A stretch of 64,000 nt of DNA from an uncultured candidate division Zixibacteria bacterium (GTDB taxonomy: Bacteria; Zixibacteria; MSB-5A5; UBA10806): positions 352,001 through 416,000 of the forward strand of contig CAWFQL010000012.1 in the NCBI GenBank assembly GCA_963817915.1, in the 5' to 3' direction. Under the pieces are notes generated by a model. It was not told the origin of the DNA. It did not search any database and saw nothing but the letters and a program-made list of their open reading frames with translations. Numbering within the stretch: the stretch's first letter is position 1; every line of letters begins with the position of its first letter. Both the position numbers and the translations under genes were made by a program. Shown here in pieces: positions 1 to 10,464 of this stretch.

Positions 1-144
1 ATAGCATCAAATTGGGGCTGGGAAGTTCATGATATAGGTAATATCGAGCAGGCGTATATGCTTGAATCGCTGGCCATGCTCTGGATTACTTATGGCGCAT
101 TAAATAACCATTGGAATCACGCATTCAAATTATTGAAAAAATGA
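1..144 (+). CDS. 3' end of a probable NADPH-dependent F420 reductase-like (NAD(P)-binding) protein, truncated by the window
   Basis: Frame 1 is open from base 1 to TGA at 142-144: IASNWGWEVHDIGNIEQAYMLESLAMLWITYG...HAFKLLKK. This resembles the GW..D.G.I.....LE.L..LW...HAFKLL C-terminus of that family. Not in the ORF track. Confidence 0.6.
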   Translation: MASNWGWEVHDIGNIEQAYMLESLAMLWITYGALNNHWNHAFKLLKK

Positions 145-175
145 CGCGGCGCACCTGCCCGATTTATCTCGATGA

Positions 176-1132
176 TTAAAACAGCGAAATTTTGACATAC
201 TTTTTCGGGTTTTTCTTGATATCCAGGATTAACGCGTTAAGGGCATCCAAAGTGCTATTCATCTTTTGATATAAATCGGTATTGCTCATGACCTGTCCCA
301 TAGTGCCTTCGCCTTTGTTGATTCGCGCCAGAGTGGAATTTAGTGATGTCAACAGGCTGTCGGCATGATCATATATTTCGTTGCTCTTTGCCAGCTTGCC
401 AAGGCTTCCTTCACCTTTATTGACAGTCGCGAGAAATTCCGAAATTTCCTTCAATGAACTTGTAAGATTAGTATAAAGCTCCCCGTCGTTTACTAACATC
501 GCCAGTGTGCCTTGACCCTTATTGATCTTATCCGTGATATTTGACCACATAATTAGTAGTGAATCGAGACTAATATATAGTCGCGGATCATTGATAATCT
601 GTGCCAGGCTGCCGGTGCCATGATTGATCTTCCATGATATTTCTTTTGCGTTTTGCGCGGTTATTTTAACATCGGTCAGGACATCGCCGCTTTCGGAGAT
701 AATCTCATTCAGCTGTGTAGTCTCGATAGCGCCGATGGTCTCGCCTTGAGTAACAGGTTCGGATGTCGGTGTTCCCAACGAGATATCAATAGTTCGGTCG
801 CCCAAAAGCCCCTGACTGCCTAACCGCGCCTGGGAGTCTTTTTTGATTCTGAAAAAGGCCGACGATGATACCAGCATATCCACAACAATAACCCGTTCGT
901 TGCCATCATGGGAAAAATCGATTCTCTCGACTGTACCGACCTTAACTCCGCCAAGGCGCACGGGCGCGCCAACTGTCAAACCTTCCACATTTCCGAATTT
1001 CGCCCTTAGATCATATCGTTTAACAAAAAGCCCCTCTTGCTTGCCGATTATAAAGAAAGCCCCGAATATTATCAAAAATCCAAGGGCAATCAGCCCCCCG
1101 ACTCTTATCTCTCTTGAAGCATCATTTTTCAT
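176..1132 (-). CDS. mlaD: MCE/MlaD family protein
   Basis: N-terminal TM helix; GLTVGAPVRLGGVKVGTV and GLLGD MCE motifs; helical C-terminal repeats (GxGSLG/GTL). Confidence 0.9.
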   Translation of the reverse strand: MKNDASREIRVGGLIALGFLIIFGAFFIIGKQEGLFVKRYDLRAKFGNVEGLTVGAPVRLGGVKVGTVERIDFSHDGNERVIVVDMLVSSSAFFRIKKDSQARLGSQGLLGDRTIDISLGTPTSEPVTQGETIGAIETTQLNEIISESGDVLTDVKITAQNAKEISWKINHGTGSLAQIINDPRLYISLDSLLIMWSNITDKINKGQGTLAMLVNDGELYTNLTSSLKEISEFLATVNKGEGSLGKLAKSNEIYDHADSLLTSLNSTLARINKGEGTMGQVMSNTDLYQKMNSTLDALNALILDIKKNPKKYVKISLF

Positions 1133-1136
1133 ATTG

Positions 1137-1868
1137 TTAAACTCCCTTCCCGCCTGTTCTGAATGATTTCACGAATTCTATTTCGCTCTGGGAAAATTCC
1201 TGCGGCGTGCCTTCGAATAACGCTTCGCCGTCCTTAAGCAAAATCGTTTTTTGGGCAACAAATGCCGCGCTTTCCAGATCGTGGGTTACCACGATCACAG
1301 TGGTCCCCATCTGAACCTGAACTTTCTTTATTAACTCATTTATTGTCTGCGCAGTTATCGGGTCTAAGCCCGTAGTCGGCTCATCGAAGAAAATGTAATC
1401 AGGATTATTGGCCATGGCTCTGGCGAGCGCGATACGTTTCTGCATACCGCCCGAAAGCTCTGAAGGCATCAAAGACTCAGTGCCTTCCATTTCGACGAAA
1501 CTCAGCTTTTCCTCAACCCGTTGTTTAATCTCAAATTCCATCATCCTAGTATGTTCGCGAAGAGTAAATGCTACATTTTCGTAGACCGTCATTGAGTCGA
1601 AAAGCGCCGACCCCTGAAATAACATTCCCATCTTTTTGCGGACATCCATCATTTCCTGCTCTGAAAAATCTGTAGTATCGATATTATCGATAAATATGCT
1701 TCCCGAGTCAAACGGCATCAGCCGCAAGAGCACTCTCAAGAGCACGCTTTTGCCGGTCCCGGAACGGCCCAATACCACAGTGGTCTTGCCGCTTTCAAAT
1801 TCCAGACTAAGGTTCTTTAAGACTACCTTGTCGCCGAAATTTTTGCACAGTCCCGCGATTTTTATCAT
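1137..1868 (-). CDS. mlaF: ABC transporter ATP-binding protein, MlaF/Mkl type
   Basis: Walker A GRSGTGKS, GMLFQGSALFDSM, LSGGMQKR, DEPTTGLDP. Confidence 0.92.
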   Translation of the reverse strand: MIKIAGLCKNFGDKVVLKNLSLEFESGKTTVVLGRSGTGKSVLLRVLLRLMPFDSGSIFIDNIDTTDFSEQEMMDVRKKMGMLFQGSALFDSMTVYENVAFTLREHTRMMEFEIKQRVEEKLSFVEMEGTESLMPSELSGGMQKRIALARAMANNPDYIFFDEPTTGLDPITAQTINELIKKVQVQMGTTVIVVTHDLESAAFVAQKTILLKDGEALFEGTPQEFSQSEIEFVKSFRTGGKGV

Positions 1869-2653
1869 ATTGGCCTTCCAACCAGAAAAAACAATTTCGT
1901 CATCAGAAAATCGAGCACGAATATGAAAATCGACGATACCACCACCGATATGGTTGTCGCGCTGCCAACCCCTTTAGTGCCTCCCGACGTATTCATTCCG
2001 AGATAGCACCCAAGTGTGCTTATTAAAATCGCGAAGACAAACGGTTTGACGAGACCCGAAACCAAATCCTCGATTAATACTGCATTGGTTACTGTCGTTT
2101 TGTACAATTCAAACCCTACATTCAAATTCGTGGTAGCGATTATCAATCCGCCGATCAGGCCGACAGCATCCGCCACAGCCACTAATAAGGGCATCATTAA
2201 GAAAAGCGCTATTATTCTGGTGACCACTAATTTTTTATATGGATCAGTCGCCATAGCTCTCATGGCGTCAATTTGATCCGTAACCTTCATTGATCCCAAT
2301 TCGGCAGTTATCCCCGCGCCTACTCTCCCGGCAACTACCAGAGCTGTAAGGACCGGCCCTAATTCCCTTACGATGGAAAGCGCCACCACGCTTCCGATAT
2401 AGGCCTTGGCACCGAATCTTCCCATCTCATTACCTGTCTGAAATGCCATGACCATGCCGGTAAATAGCCCCGTTAGCGAGACAATGGATAGCGATCTATA
2501 CCCGATCTGGTACATCTGCTCCAGAATTTCCCTGAAATAATAAGGCCGTCTAAAAAGAGCCTTAAATGATGTCCAGAGAAATACAAAGTATCTGTACGTA
2601 TGGGACAAAAAATTGCCCAATCCTGTATTGTAAAACAAATTCAATATTGCCAT
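1865..2653 (-). CDS. mlaE: MlaE family ABC permease
   Basis: RELGPVLTALVVAGRVGAGITAELGSMKVTDQIDA signature; ATGA overlap with mlaF. Confidence 0.92.
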   Translation of the reverse strand: MAILNLFYNTGLGNFLSHTYRYFVFLWTSFKALFRRPYYFREILEQMYQIGYRSLSIVSLTGLFTGMVMAFQTGNEMGRFGAKAYIGSVVALSIVRELGPVLTALVVAGRVGAGITAELGSMKVTDQIDAMRAMATDPYKKLVVTRIIALFLMMPLLVAVADAVGLIGGLIIATTNLNVGFELYKTTVTNAVLIEDLVSGLVKPFVFAILISTLGCYLGMNTSGGTKGVGSATTISVVVSSIFIFVLDFLMTKLFFLVGRPI

Positions 2654-3253
2654 CAAATGCCAATCCTCATCACTCGCATCATAGGATACGATGCGTGATG
2701 ATTTCCATAATTATTTTCCATATCATTATATATCGACAAGAAAGTCAGCTTTACTTCGCACTGAAACCATTTTTTTCACTTCAACTCCAGCCATTAGTTG
2801 CATTAAAACGATTTTTTTGATTTGAAATAGCATACCGACTAAATACGCTAATAATTTTCGAATAGTTTCTTTATATTTTGCATTAAAACGGCCGCAAGTT
2901 ACAAAGCCCTCTAAAGACAAAAGGTCCAATGTCGTAAAAATCATAATCCAATAAAATATAGTTTGCGGCCATAACCGGTAATGGTTATTATTAAGTCGTG
3001 AGGTATGCTTTACAAAGATCGGAGATATTCAAATCAATTCCGAAATTTTATGGCATATTCAAATTCCGCAGTAATCCTCCATATACCTGACAATAATTCA
3101 TATTGTCCGTGAGGCAATTTACCCAGAGCCAACGCCATTTAGCGGCGAATTAATTTTTTGCTCAAAATCTTTATCGAGCAGAAATGGCTATCACGGTAAA
3201 TCTGGCTTATAGCTTTCGTCAGTTTTAGCAAAAATAGAAATTTGGAGGAATAC

Positions 3254-4537
3254 ATGTCTGATTATCAGCAAATGTGGCAGGAGCTCGGACTTGACCTGGG
3301 GATGCACGACGCATTGCTTGGAGGGCTTGGGCAGGCCTATCAAAACATATACTTAACTCAGAAAAATCGACCTGAAGGCATGAAATATTTTGATTTCGTG
3401 GTGAGCGAAGTGCATGGATTAAGAGTGAAAGAATTGAGAGATGCCCAAAAGCAGGGACGCAAGATAATTGGCTCATTTTGTACATTCGTACCCGAAGAGC
3501 TTGTATTGGCAGTCGATGGTATTTCGGTCGGTCTTTGTACTGGCGCCGAGTTCGGCTTCGAAGAGGCAGAAAAATATCTACCGAAAAATACCTGCGCCCT
3601 GATCAAGGCAACATTCGGTTTCAAGCTCTCCAAAGTCTGCCCCTATATAGAGACAGTGGACATGCTTGTGGGTGAGAATACGTGTGACGGCAAGAAGAAA
3701 TCCTACGAAATTCTGAATACTCTCGTGAAAAATCTATATGTAATGGATCTTCCTCAGATGAAATCAGTCGAGGGTTTGGCGTTGCTAAAAGCAGAATATA
3801 AGAAGTTTATGAGAAAACTCGAACAGATTTCCGGAAAGGCTATTGACTTTGCTGGCCTCAAGAAAGGAATTGAGATTGCCAATAATAAACGGAAGGCGAT
3901 GCACAGGCTCGCGCGGCTCCGCTCAGCGGATCCGGCGCCGATAAGCGGTCTCGATGCTCTTTTGATCAATCAAGTGTTTTTCTACGACGATCCAGCTCGC
4001 TTCACTCAATCCGTAAACAACATATGCGATGAAATCGAGAATAGAATTAAATCAGGGCAGGGCGTTTTCCCCTCGAACACACCCCGGATTCTCTTGTCAG
4101 GCTGTCCGATGGCCGTGCCCAATTGGAAAGTCCCTTATATCATTGAAAATACTGGAGCGGTTGTTGTGGGCGAGGAATCCTGTGTCGGCGAGCGAGGCAC
4201 GCGCAATCTTGTTTCCAATTCCGGCAATACAATCGATGAGCTCCTCGATAACATAGTGAGTCGATATTTTGAAATCGATTGCGCCATATTCACTCCCAAC
4301 GCTTCCAGGCAAGATCATATTAGAGAAATGGCAAAAAATTATGGCGCCGACGGCGTTATTCATTATTGCCTTCAATTCTGCCAGCCCTACCAAATCGAAA
4401 GCGGTATTGTAGAGAAATCGTTGGAGAAGGATAAAATTCCCGTGCTGCGCCTGGAAACCGATTATAGTCAGGAAGATGCAGGGCAGATCAAGACTCGAGT
4501 CGAAGCCTTCGTAGAAAGAATCGGAAGCAGAAAATGA
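3254..4537 (+). CDS. Double-cubane-cluster-containing anaerobic reductase (2-hydroxyacyl-CoA dehydratase superfamily)
   Basis: Cys motifs FCTFVP, GLC, NTCALIK, CPY, NTCDGKKK, GCP, EESCVG, DCAIF, QFCQP; C-terminal ETDYS..D.GQ..TRVEAF. GGAGG RBS before ATG 3254. Confidence 0.8.
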   Translation: MSDYQQMWQELGLDLGMHDALLGGLGQAYQNIYLTQKNRPEGMKYFDFVVSEVHGLRVKELRDAQKQGRKIIGSFCTFVPEELVLAVDGISVGLCTGAEFGFEEAEKYLPKNTCALIKATFGFKLSKVCPYIETVDMLVGENTCDGKKKSYEILNTLVKNLYVMDLPQMKSVEGLALLKAEYKKFMRKLEQISGKAIDFAGLKKGIEIANNKRKAMHRLARLRSADPAPISGLDALLINQVFFYDDPARFTQSVNNICDEIENRIKSGQGVFPSNTPRILLSGCPMAVPNWKVPYIIENTGAVVVGEESCVGERGTRNLVSNSGNTIDELLDNIVSRYFEIDCAIFTPNASRQDHIREMAKNYGADGVIHYCLQFCQPYQIESGIVEKSLEKDKIPVLRLETDYSQEDAGQIKTRVEAFVERIGSRK

Positions 4538-5283
4538 TTTCTGTGGGAGTCGATATAGGTTCAAGAACTGTGAAACTGGCCGTTATAGACAACGGCCAGT
4601 TGACCATTGCATCGAAACGAGAAAATACATTCGATCCTATGGCGGTTTGCCGCGAAATGCTTGATGGCGTTGATTATGATATAATTACGGCAACCGGCTA
4701 TGGACGGCATCTATTCGCGGGCCAATTTGCATGCAAAGTCATCAGCGAAATAAAAGCGTTCAGCCTGGGAGCAATAGCCGGAATCCCCACATGCAGAACA
4801 ATCCTCGATATCGGCGGACAGGATATGAAGGTGATTTCGCTTGATGATCGCAGCAACGTTGTCAAATTCGAAATGAACGACAAATGCTCCGCCGGCACCG
4901 GCCGTTTCCTGGAGATAATGGCGATGATTTTAGGTTGCGATCTGAATCATTTTGGGGCTGTTGCTCTTTCCGCGGCCAAAGCTGAAAAAATTAATAGTAC
5001 CTGTACTGTCTTCGCGGAATCGGAAGTAGTATCAATGTTGTCGCGGGGGGCGAGCCGGGAAGATATCGCCTTGGGTATTCATAATTCGATAGTTGGCCGC
5101 GCCAGATCTATGCTGGGAAGAGTAGCTCTGGAAGATGATTTGGTTTTCGTGGGCGGAGTTGCCTTGAATCTATGCGTATCTCAGCTTCTCGGTGATTCGC
5201 TAAAAAGAAAAATAATCACGCCCGATGCTCCCCAGCTTATTGGAGCCTATGGATGTGCTTTATACGGTGTTGAAGATAAATAA
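4534..5283 (+). CDS. ATP-dependent CoA-substrate-specific enzyme activase (HgdC/BcrAD, ASKHA family)
   Basis: GVDIGS, TGYGR, DIGGQD, MNDKCSAGTGRFLE, STCTVFAESE, GGVA; ATGA-coupled to the upstream gene. Confidence 0.9.
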   Translation: MISVGVDIGSRTVKLAVIDNGQLTIASKRENTFDPMAVCREMLDGVDYDIITATGYGRHLFAGQFACKVISEIKAFSLGAIAGIPTCRTILDIGGQDMKVISLDDRSNVVKFEMNDKCSAGTGRFLEIMAMILGCDLNHFGAVALSAAKAEKINSTCTVFAESEVVSMLSRGASREDIALGIHNSIVGRARSMLGRVALEDDLVFVGGVALNLCVSQLLGDSLKRKIITPDAPQLIGAYGCALYGVEDK

Positions 5284-5543
5284 ACAGGCGGTGAAATAAA
5301 CGCCCGATTATTTTGGCCATATTTTTCATAAGAATGCGCTCTTATATCGCTCTCATATTTAAGTTGCAATTGTGATTTTTCCTGTAACAAATCAAATCCG
5401 ACTTTCGTAGATAAAGTCGGCTCTATAGAGTTTCGAACGACGGTTCGAGGCAATAAATTTTCGGGCCAGGAATAATTGCTGACAAGCTTTTATATGGCTG
5501 TATCAATAGAATTTATCCTTAAGCGCAGGAAAGGAAATCAGCG

Positions 5544-7826
5544 ATGTTTATAAAAGATAATCAGGCAATCATTAGAAAGACTTTCATAATCTGCATATTC
5601 TTTGCCTGCGTTTTTTCATCGATCATTGCTCTAGCCGAAGATGATTTCAAACCGTTATTCAAGCCATCATTAACTATTACAAAAGCAACCGGGCCAATCA
5701 CAATAGACGGATATCTGGACGATCCCGGATGGAAGGATGCGGCCCGAATTGATAATTTTGTAGAGCGCTTTCCTGGCGACAATACAAAGCCCGAAGTGAC
5801 AACCACAATGATGATCACTTATGATGAAAATAATTTATATGTAGCGTTCAATTGCCTGGATGATCCGAAAAAACTAAGAGCGACCCTATGCCAGCGCGAC
5901 CAGTATTCTGGAGATGATTGGGTCGGACTTTTAATTGATACATATGGAGAAGGCTCCTGGGCTTACGAATTTAGGGCAAATCCTTACGGGATTCAGAACG
6001 ATGTACTCTGGACAAAAATCGGCGGCGAAAACGAAGGCTTCGATCTTGTCTGGGAATCAATTGGAAAAATTACTGCCACCGGCTACCAAGTGGAATTTGC
6101 GATACCATTTTCAAGCATGCGTTTCCCCAATAAAGAAATTCAAACGTGGCGCATGGATTTCTGGCGAACCCGTCCCCGTGAAAGCTATATCCAATATTCC
6201 TGGGCGGCCAATGATCGCAATGAACAATGCTGGCCCTGCCAATGGGGAACAGTTGCGGGCATTAGGGGAGTTCGTCCCGGTCAGGGAATCGAAATATTAC
6301 CTTCATTAGTCGGTTCGCAATCCGGAAGTCTCATTTCCGATACAACCGGTTTGCATTTTAAAAACAATAAATCCAAAACCGATTTGTCGATCGGCGCGAA
6401 ATATTCAATATCATCAGATGTTACCGCCGAAGCTTCTTATAATCCCGATTTTAGTCAGGTTGAATCTGATGCCGCGCAGATCGATGTAAATACAACATTT
6501 GCATTAATGTACCCTGAAAAACGTCCCTTTTTCCAGGAAGGCGCGGATCTCTTCAGGACATTATTCAATTCTTTTTATACTCGCACGATCAATGATCCAA
6601 GGTACGCTGCCAAACTAACTGCGAGAAGAGATGGAATGAATCTCGCGTTTCTTTCTGCCTATGATGAAAAGACACCCTATATAATTCCTCGCGAAGAAAG
6701 CAGCATTCTCTTCAATTCCGGGAAAAGCCTGGTTAATGTCTTGAGAGGCTTGAAAACTTACGGCAACAATTCCCAGATTGGATTCATCTTGAATGACAGG
6801 CGGTTCGAGCAAGATGGCTCCAATACTGTTTTCGCGCTCGATCACGATATCCGTTTGACAAATAACTATAGCATAGATGGTCAATATATCGTAACACACA
6901 CCCGCGAAGGTAAAACCTCTTCAAGGAATCCGGATTTCGAAGGGATAATCTTTGGCAATGGCAAACATTCCGCAATATTCAATGGCGAATCATTTTGGGG
7001 CAGCGCGTCGGTAACAGAGCTAAAGCGAAATTCTCGGCATTCATCTTTCAGGGTGGGATATACTCAAGTTTCTCCGGCCTATAGAACTGAAACAGGATAT
7101 GATCCTCTAATTAATTATAGAGACCTTTATTCTTACTATGGATATGCCATTTACCCTAAGGCAGGCCTTTTCACTCAATTTACTCCGGAATTGAACGGGG
7201 AAATGAGATGGACCTACAATGGCGACAAAACCCGCGAATATGGTGTTGTGGGATTTGAAAGCAACCTGCGGTTGTTACAGACTTATTGGTCGGTAAATTA
7301 TAAATATGGCTCCGAGGTATGGAACAGAATTAAATTTGACCATTTATGGACCGTAGAAAATAGATTAAATAGCAGTATCAGCAATCAGATTGGTTATTAT
7401 TTTAATATCGATTACGGTGACGATTTCGCCCGCTATCAACTTGTCAAAATGCGGTATCTATCAATCAATGCCGGCTTGACCTTAAAGCCTATCAATAGTC
7501 TGGTTATCGAGCCAGATTATAGTTACTACGGTGGCAGAGAGCTTGTTACCAGGGCCCGCTTATTTGATGGCTATATCGTCAGGGTGAGAACCCAATTCCA
7601 AATTGCCCGCGAGCTTTCATTGCGGCTGGTAGTCCAATATAATAAATTCTCGAAAGATTGGCAGGTAGACCCGCTAATAACCTATCGACTCAGTTCCTTC
7701 TCGCTGTTCTACATCGGCTCGTCTCATAATTATATCGATATGCCCAACAGCATCAATAATCAGAATGAATGGAAACTCAATCAGAGGCAGTTTTTCCTGA
7801 AGCTCCAATATTTATTCCAGATATAG
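5544..7826 (+). CDS. Secreted CBM9-like + DUF5916 outer-membrane-type protein
   Basis: Signal peptide; IDG.LDD..W, YDENNLYVAF, EFAIPFSS.RF; NPDFSQVESD and PEKRPFFQEG motifs; C-terminal FFLKLQYLF beta-barrel end. Confidence 0.75.
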   Translation: MFIKDNQAIIRKTFIICIFFACVFSSIIALAEDDFKPLFKPSLTITKATGPITIDGYLDDPGWKDAARIDNFVERFPGDNTKPEVTTTMMITYDENNLYVAFNCLDDPKKLRATLCQRDQYSGDDWVGLLIDTYGEGSWAYEFRANPYGIQNDVLWTKIGGENEGFDLVWESIGKITATGYQVEFAIPFSSMRFPNKEIQTWRMDFWRTRPRESYIQYSWAANDRNEQCWPCQWGTVAGIRGVRPGQGIEILPSLVGSQSGSLISDTTGLHFKNNKSKTDLSIGAKYSISSDVTAEASYNPDFSQVESDAAQIDVNTTFALMYPEKRPFFQEGADLFRTLFNSFYTRTINDPRYAAKLTARRDGMNLAFLSAYDEKTPYIIPREESSILFNSGKSLVNVLRGLKTYGNNSQIGFILNDRRFEQDGSNTVFALDHDIRLTNNYSIDGQYIVTHTREGKTSSRNPDFEGIIFGNGKHSAIFNGESFWGSASVTELKRNSRHSSFRVGYTQVSPAYRTETGYDPLINYRDLYSYYGYAIYPKAGLFTQFTPELNGEMRWTYNGDKTREYGVVGFESNLRLLQTYWSVNYKYGSEVWNRIKFDHLWTVENRLNSSISNQIGYYFNIDYGDDFARYQLVKMRYLSINAGLTLKPINSLVIEPDYSYYGGRELVTRARLFDGYIVRVRTQFQIARELSLRLVVQYNKFSKDWQVDPLITYRLSSFSLFYIGSSHNYIDMPNSINNQNEWKLNQRQFFLKLQYLFQI

Positions 7827-7856
7827 GATACTAAGGAATATTTTGAAAAATATAAA

Positions 7857-9077
7857 TTACTCGTAGCGTAGCGCTTCGATTGGATCGAGCAGCGAGGCTT
7901 TACGAGCAGGATATATTCCGAAAAATATCCCGACCGCGAATGAAAAAATAAACGAAACAGCCACTGCGCTCGGAGCTATGAATGTATTCCATCCGAAGAA
8001 TTCTGTCATTCCATATGATCCACCGATTCCTACCAGGATACCGATGAGGCCACCAAGCAACGCCAGCGTGACAGATTCCATTACAAACTGCATCATTATA
8101 TCCCGTCTTCTTGCCCCGACCGCCATTCGTACGCCTATCTCACGTGTTCTTTCTGTCACAGAAACAAGCATGATATTCATGATTCCTATTCCGCCCACAA
8201 TCAATGACACCAGCGCCACACCAGCTAATAAATATGTCATTGTCTCAGTGGTCTGCTGACGGGCCGCGGCAAAATCCGATTGTGATTGTAGCGAGAAATC
8301 ATTGTCCTGATCCGGTCTTAGTCTATGGGATTTTCGCAGTATTCTTTCCAGTTCCACATATACCGATGGTAGGGGAGTATCGCTTTTCATCTTGGCTACC
8401 AATCGATTTAAGTGATCAACCCCGAATAATCGTTTCATCGCCGTTGTGTAGGGTATCAACACTATATCATCGAAATCGAGCCATCCGCCCGAAGCTCCTT
8501 TGGATGCTGTCACACCAATGACTTCGAATTGCAATCGTCCGATTCTGATTGTCTGACCGATAGGGTTAATTCCGCCGAAAAGATTCTTCACAACTGTCGG
8601 TCCGATTATCGCCACTCGATCTACGGCATTAATTTCGCGTTCGCCAAAATTGGCGCCATCAGCAATTTTAAAATCCCGCATTTCAAGATATTCTGGTCCC
8701 GAACCGATCACTGTCGAATTCCAATTCTGATTTCCATAGATCAGCTGGAATGGCCTTTGCATTTCAGGTATTACATGCTCGATCGTGGTATTTTCGGTTT
8801 TTAGCCTTCTCAAATCCTTGTCATCAAATCCGCGAGCGGAGCCCACTGCCGAATGCACTCCGCCATGGCCATGTTCCGCTCCGCTATTGATGTATATTAA
8901 ATCTGTCCCAAGTGCTGCCAAACGATCCGCCACCGCTTTGCGCGCTCCCTGCCCTAATGAAATCATCGTAATTACCGCGCCGACTCCGATTATAATGCCG
9001 AGCATTGTCAATAAGGCTCGGATCTTATTGGCTAAAAGCGCAGTAACGCTGACGTTGAAGAACTCACCCCACTTCAT
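7857..9077 (-). CDS. MacB/FtsX-like ABC permease (no ATPase domain)
   Basis: LTMLGIIIGV, GGIGIMNIMLVSVTERTREIGVRMAVGA, DPIEALRYE; start at ATG 9077 overlaps the upstream stop (ATGA). Confidence 0.9.
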   Translation of the reverse strand: MKWGEFFNVSVTALLANKIRALLTMLGIIIGVGAVITMISLGQGARKAVADRLAALGTDLIYINSGAEHGHGGVHSAVGSARGFDDKDLRRLKTENTTIEHVIPEMQRPFQLIYGNQNWNSTVIGSGPEYLEMRDFKIADGANFGEREINAVDRVAIIGPTVVKNLFGGINPIGQTIRIGRLQFEVIGVTASKGASGGWLDFDDIVLIPYTTAMKRLFGVDHLNRLVAKMKSDTPLPSVYVELERILRKSHRLRPDQDNDFSLQSQSDFAAARQQTTETMTYLLAGVALVSLIVGGIGIMNIMLVSVTERTREIGVRMAVGARRRDIMMQFVMESVTLALLGGLIGILVGIGGSYGMTEFFGWNTFIAPSAVAVSFIFSFAVGIFFGIYPARKASLLDPIEALRYE

Positions 9078-10381
9078 CGACCCTGCCTCTGCATCCCGGG
9101 TATCTGACTCCAATTCTTCATTTGATTCAGCATATCTTCTCGCTGCAAAAGGGCTTTAGATGTCACTGTCGTCAGCACCGTATCGCCTTCATTCAATCCC
9201 GACAGTATTTCTGCCTGCTCGAAATTAGCCAGGCCTAATTCAATTTGCTTGGGCTCCTGTTTGCCATTATTAACGACTATTACTACTTTGGAGGGCGCCT
9301 TGGCCATTCCTGATGAATCGGAAGTATTGCCGCCATGGAATCCGCCGGGACCGCCTTCTCTCTGTCTATTGCCTTGGCCTTCCCTTTGATCATTTGAATC
9401 TCTCCGTCCCGAAGGAGGCCCGCCGCCATTACTTCCGATTAATCTGACTATGCTTCTCGCATCGGTAAGGGCCGAACGAGGTACCAAGAGAACATCTCTC
9501 CTCGAACCAGCTATTATTTCGACATTGGCATTCATTCCCGCCATCAGCAAGTCTTCAGAATTATCCACCTCGGTCGTGACATTGAATGTAGTGACATTCT
9601 GCGATACCTCTGCTAATGGGTGAATGCGCAATACCCGACCCGCGAATTCTTTGTCGGGATAGCTTTCCGCAATAACAGTAGCCTCCTGACCGATTTGAAT
9701 CTGCCCGATATCGACTTCATCCACCGATGTGCTGATATAAGCCTTCGATAAATCCGCCAATGTCGCCAACGTTGTCCCGCCTGAAACTGTCGAAATTCCC
9801 GACGCGATTATCTGTCCTTTGGTTACATATTTTTTTAATACGATACCGTCAATGGGTGATTTGACTATAGTATCTCTAAAACGTTCTGCCGCGTTTTCCA
9901 GGGTTGTTTTGGCTCTGACTAAATTTGAATTGGCCTGTTCTTTGGTAAGTAATGCATTTTCGTAATCAAGTTCTGAAATAAGCTTTTGCTCGAAAAGCTG
10001 TCGTTGCCGCTCAGCTTCTTTGGTTGATTGCGACAACGCTTTTTCGGCTACTTTCAAATCTGCCGCCGCCTGATCGTAATCATTTTTGGTGGTAGTCGTA
10101 TCCAATCGAGCAATAAGCTGACCTTTGAAGACTTTGTCCCCCTCTTCAACCGAGATATCAATAATTTCGCCGGATGCTTTGGATTTAAGCTCGACAGTCA
10201 ATATCGGCTCAACCACGCCGGTCGAATTAACCGTTATAGTCAAATTTCCCTTTTTGACAACCGCGGTAGATATCTTCGTCGCGTCACTTTCGGCAGGTTT
10301 ATTTTTACCAAATGGTTTTAAAATTAATATTAAGATCCCAATAACTATGACTATCCCAGACACCAATAATATTTTCTTCAT
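9074..10381 (-). CDS. Efflux RND/MacA-type periplasmic adaptor
   Basis: N-terminal TM; lipoyl-like SG.I....V.EGD.V.KGQ; SPIDG; VDEVDIG; GMNANV. Confidence 0.88.
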   Translation of the reverse strand: MKKILLVSGIVIVIGILILILKPFGKNKPAESDATKISTAVVKKGNLTITVNSTGVVEPILTVELKSKASGEIIDISVEEGDKVFKGQLIARLDTTTTKNDYDQAAADLKVAEKALSQSTKEAERQRQLFEQKLISELDYENALLTKEQANSNLVRAKTTLENAAERFRDTIVKSPIDGIVLKKYVTKGQIIASGISTVSGGTTLATLADLSKAYISTSVDEVDIGQIQIGQEATVIAESYPDKEFAGRVLRIHPLAEVSQNVTTFNVTTEVDNSEDLLMAGMNANVEIIAGSRRDVLLVPRSALTDARSIVRLIGSNGGGPPSGRRDSNDQREGQGNRQREGGPGGFHGGNTSDSSGMAKAPSKVVIVVNNGKQEPKQIELGLANFEQAEILSGLNEGDTVLTTVTSKALLQREDMLNQMKNWSQIPGMQRQGR

Positions 10382-10464
10382 CGATTTCTCCTCAAAATAT
10401 TAAACATCCACCATCTTTATTAGACCCATTAGGTGAGAAAATGTTCATATCAAATCCACAAATA

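Noticed and set aside
3005..3151. Short ORF MLYKDRR...SYCP-TGA-GNLPRANAI upstream of the double-cubane gene, a possible selenoprotein (CPUG)
   Set aside because: The SD-like GAGGT abuts the ATG, there is no convincing SECIS hairpin, and I recognise no family.
2660..3250. Long intergenic region as a riboswitch or ncRNA; hairpin at about 2668-2700
   Set aside because: No riboswitch consensus recognised; the hairpin alone is insufficient.
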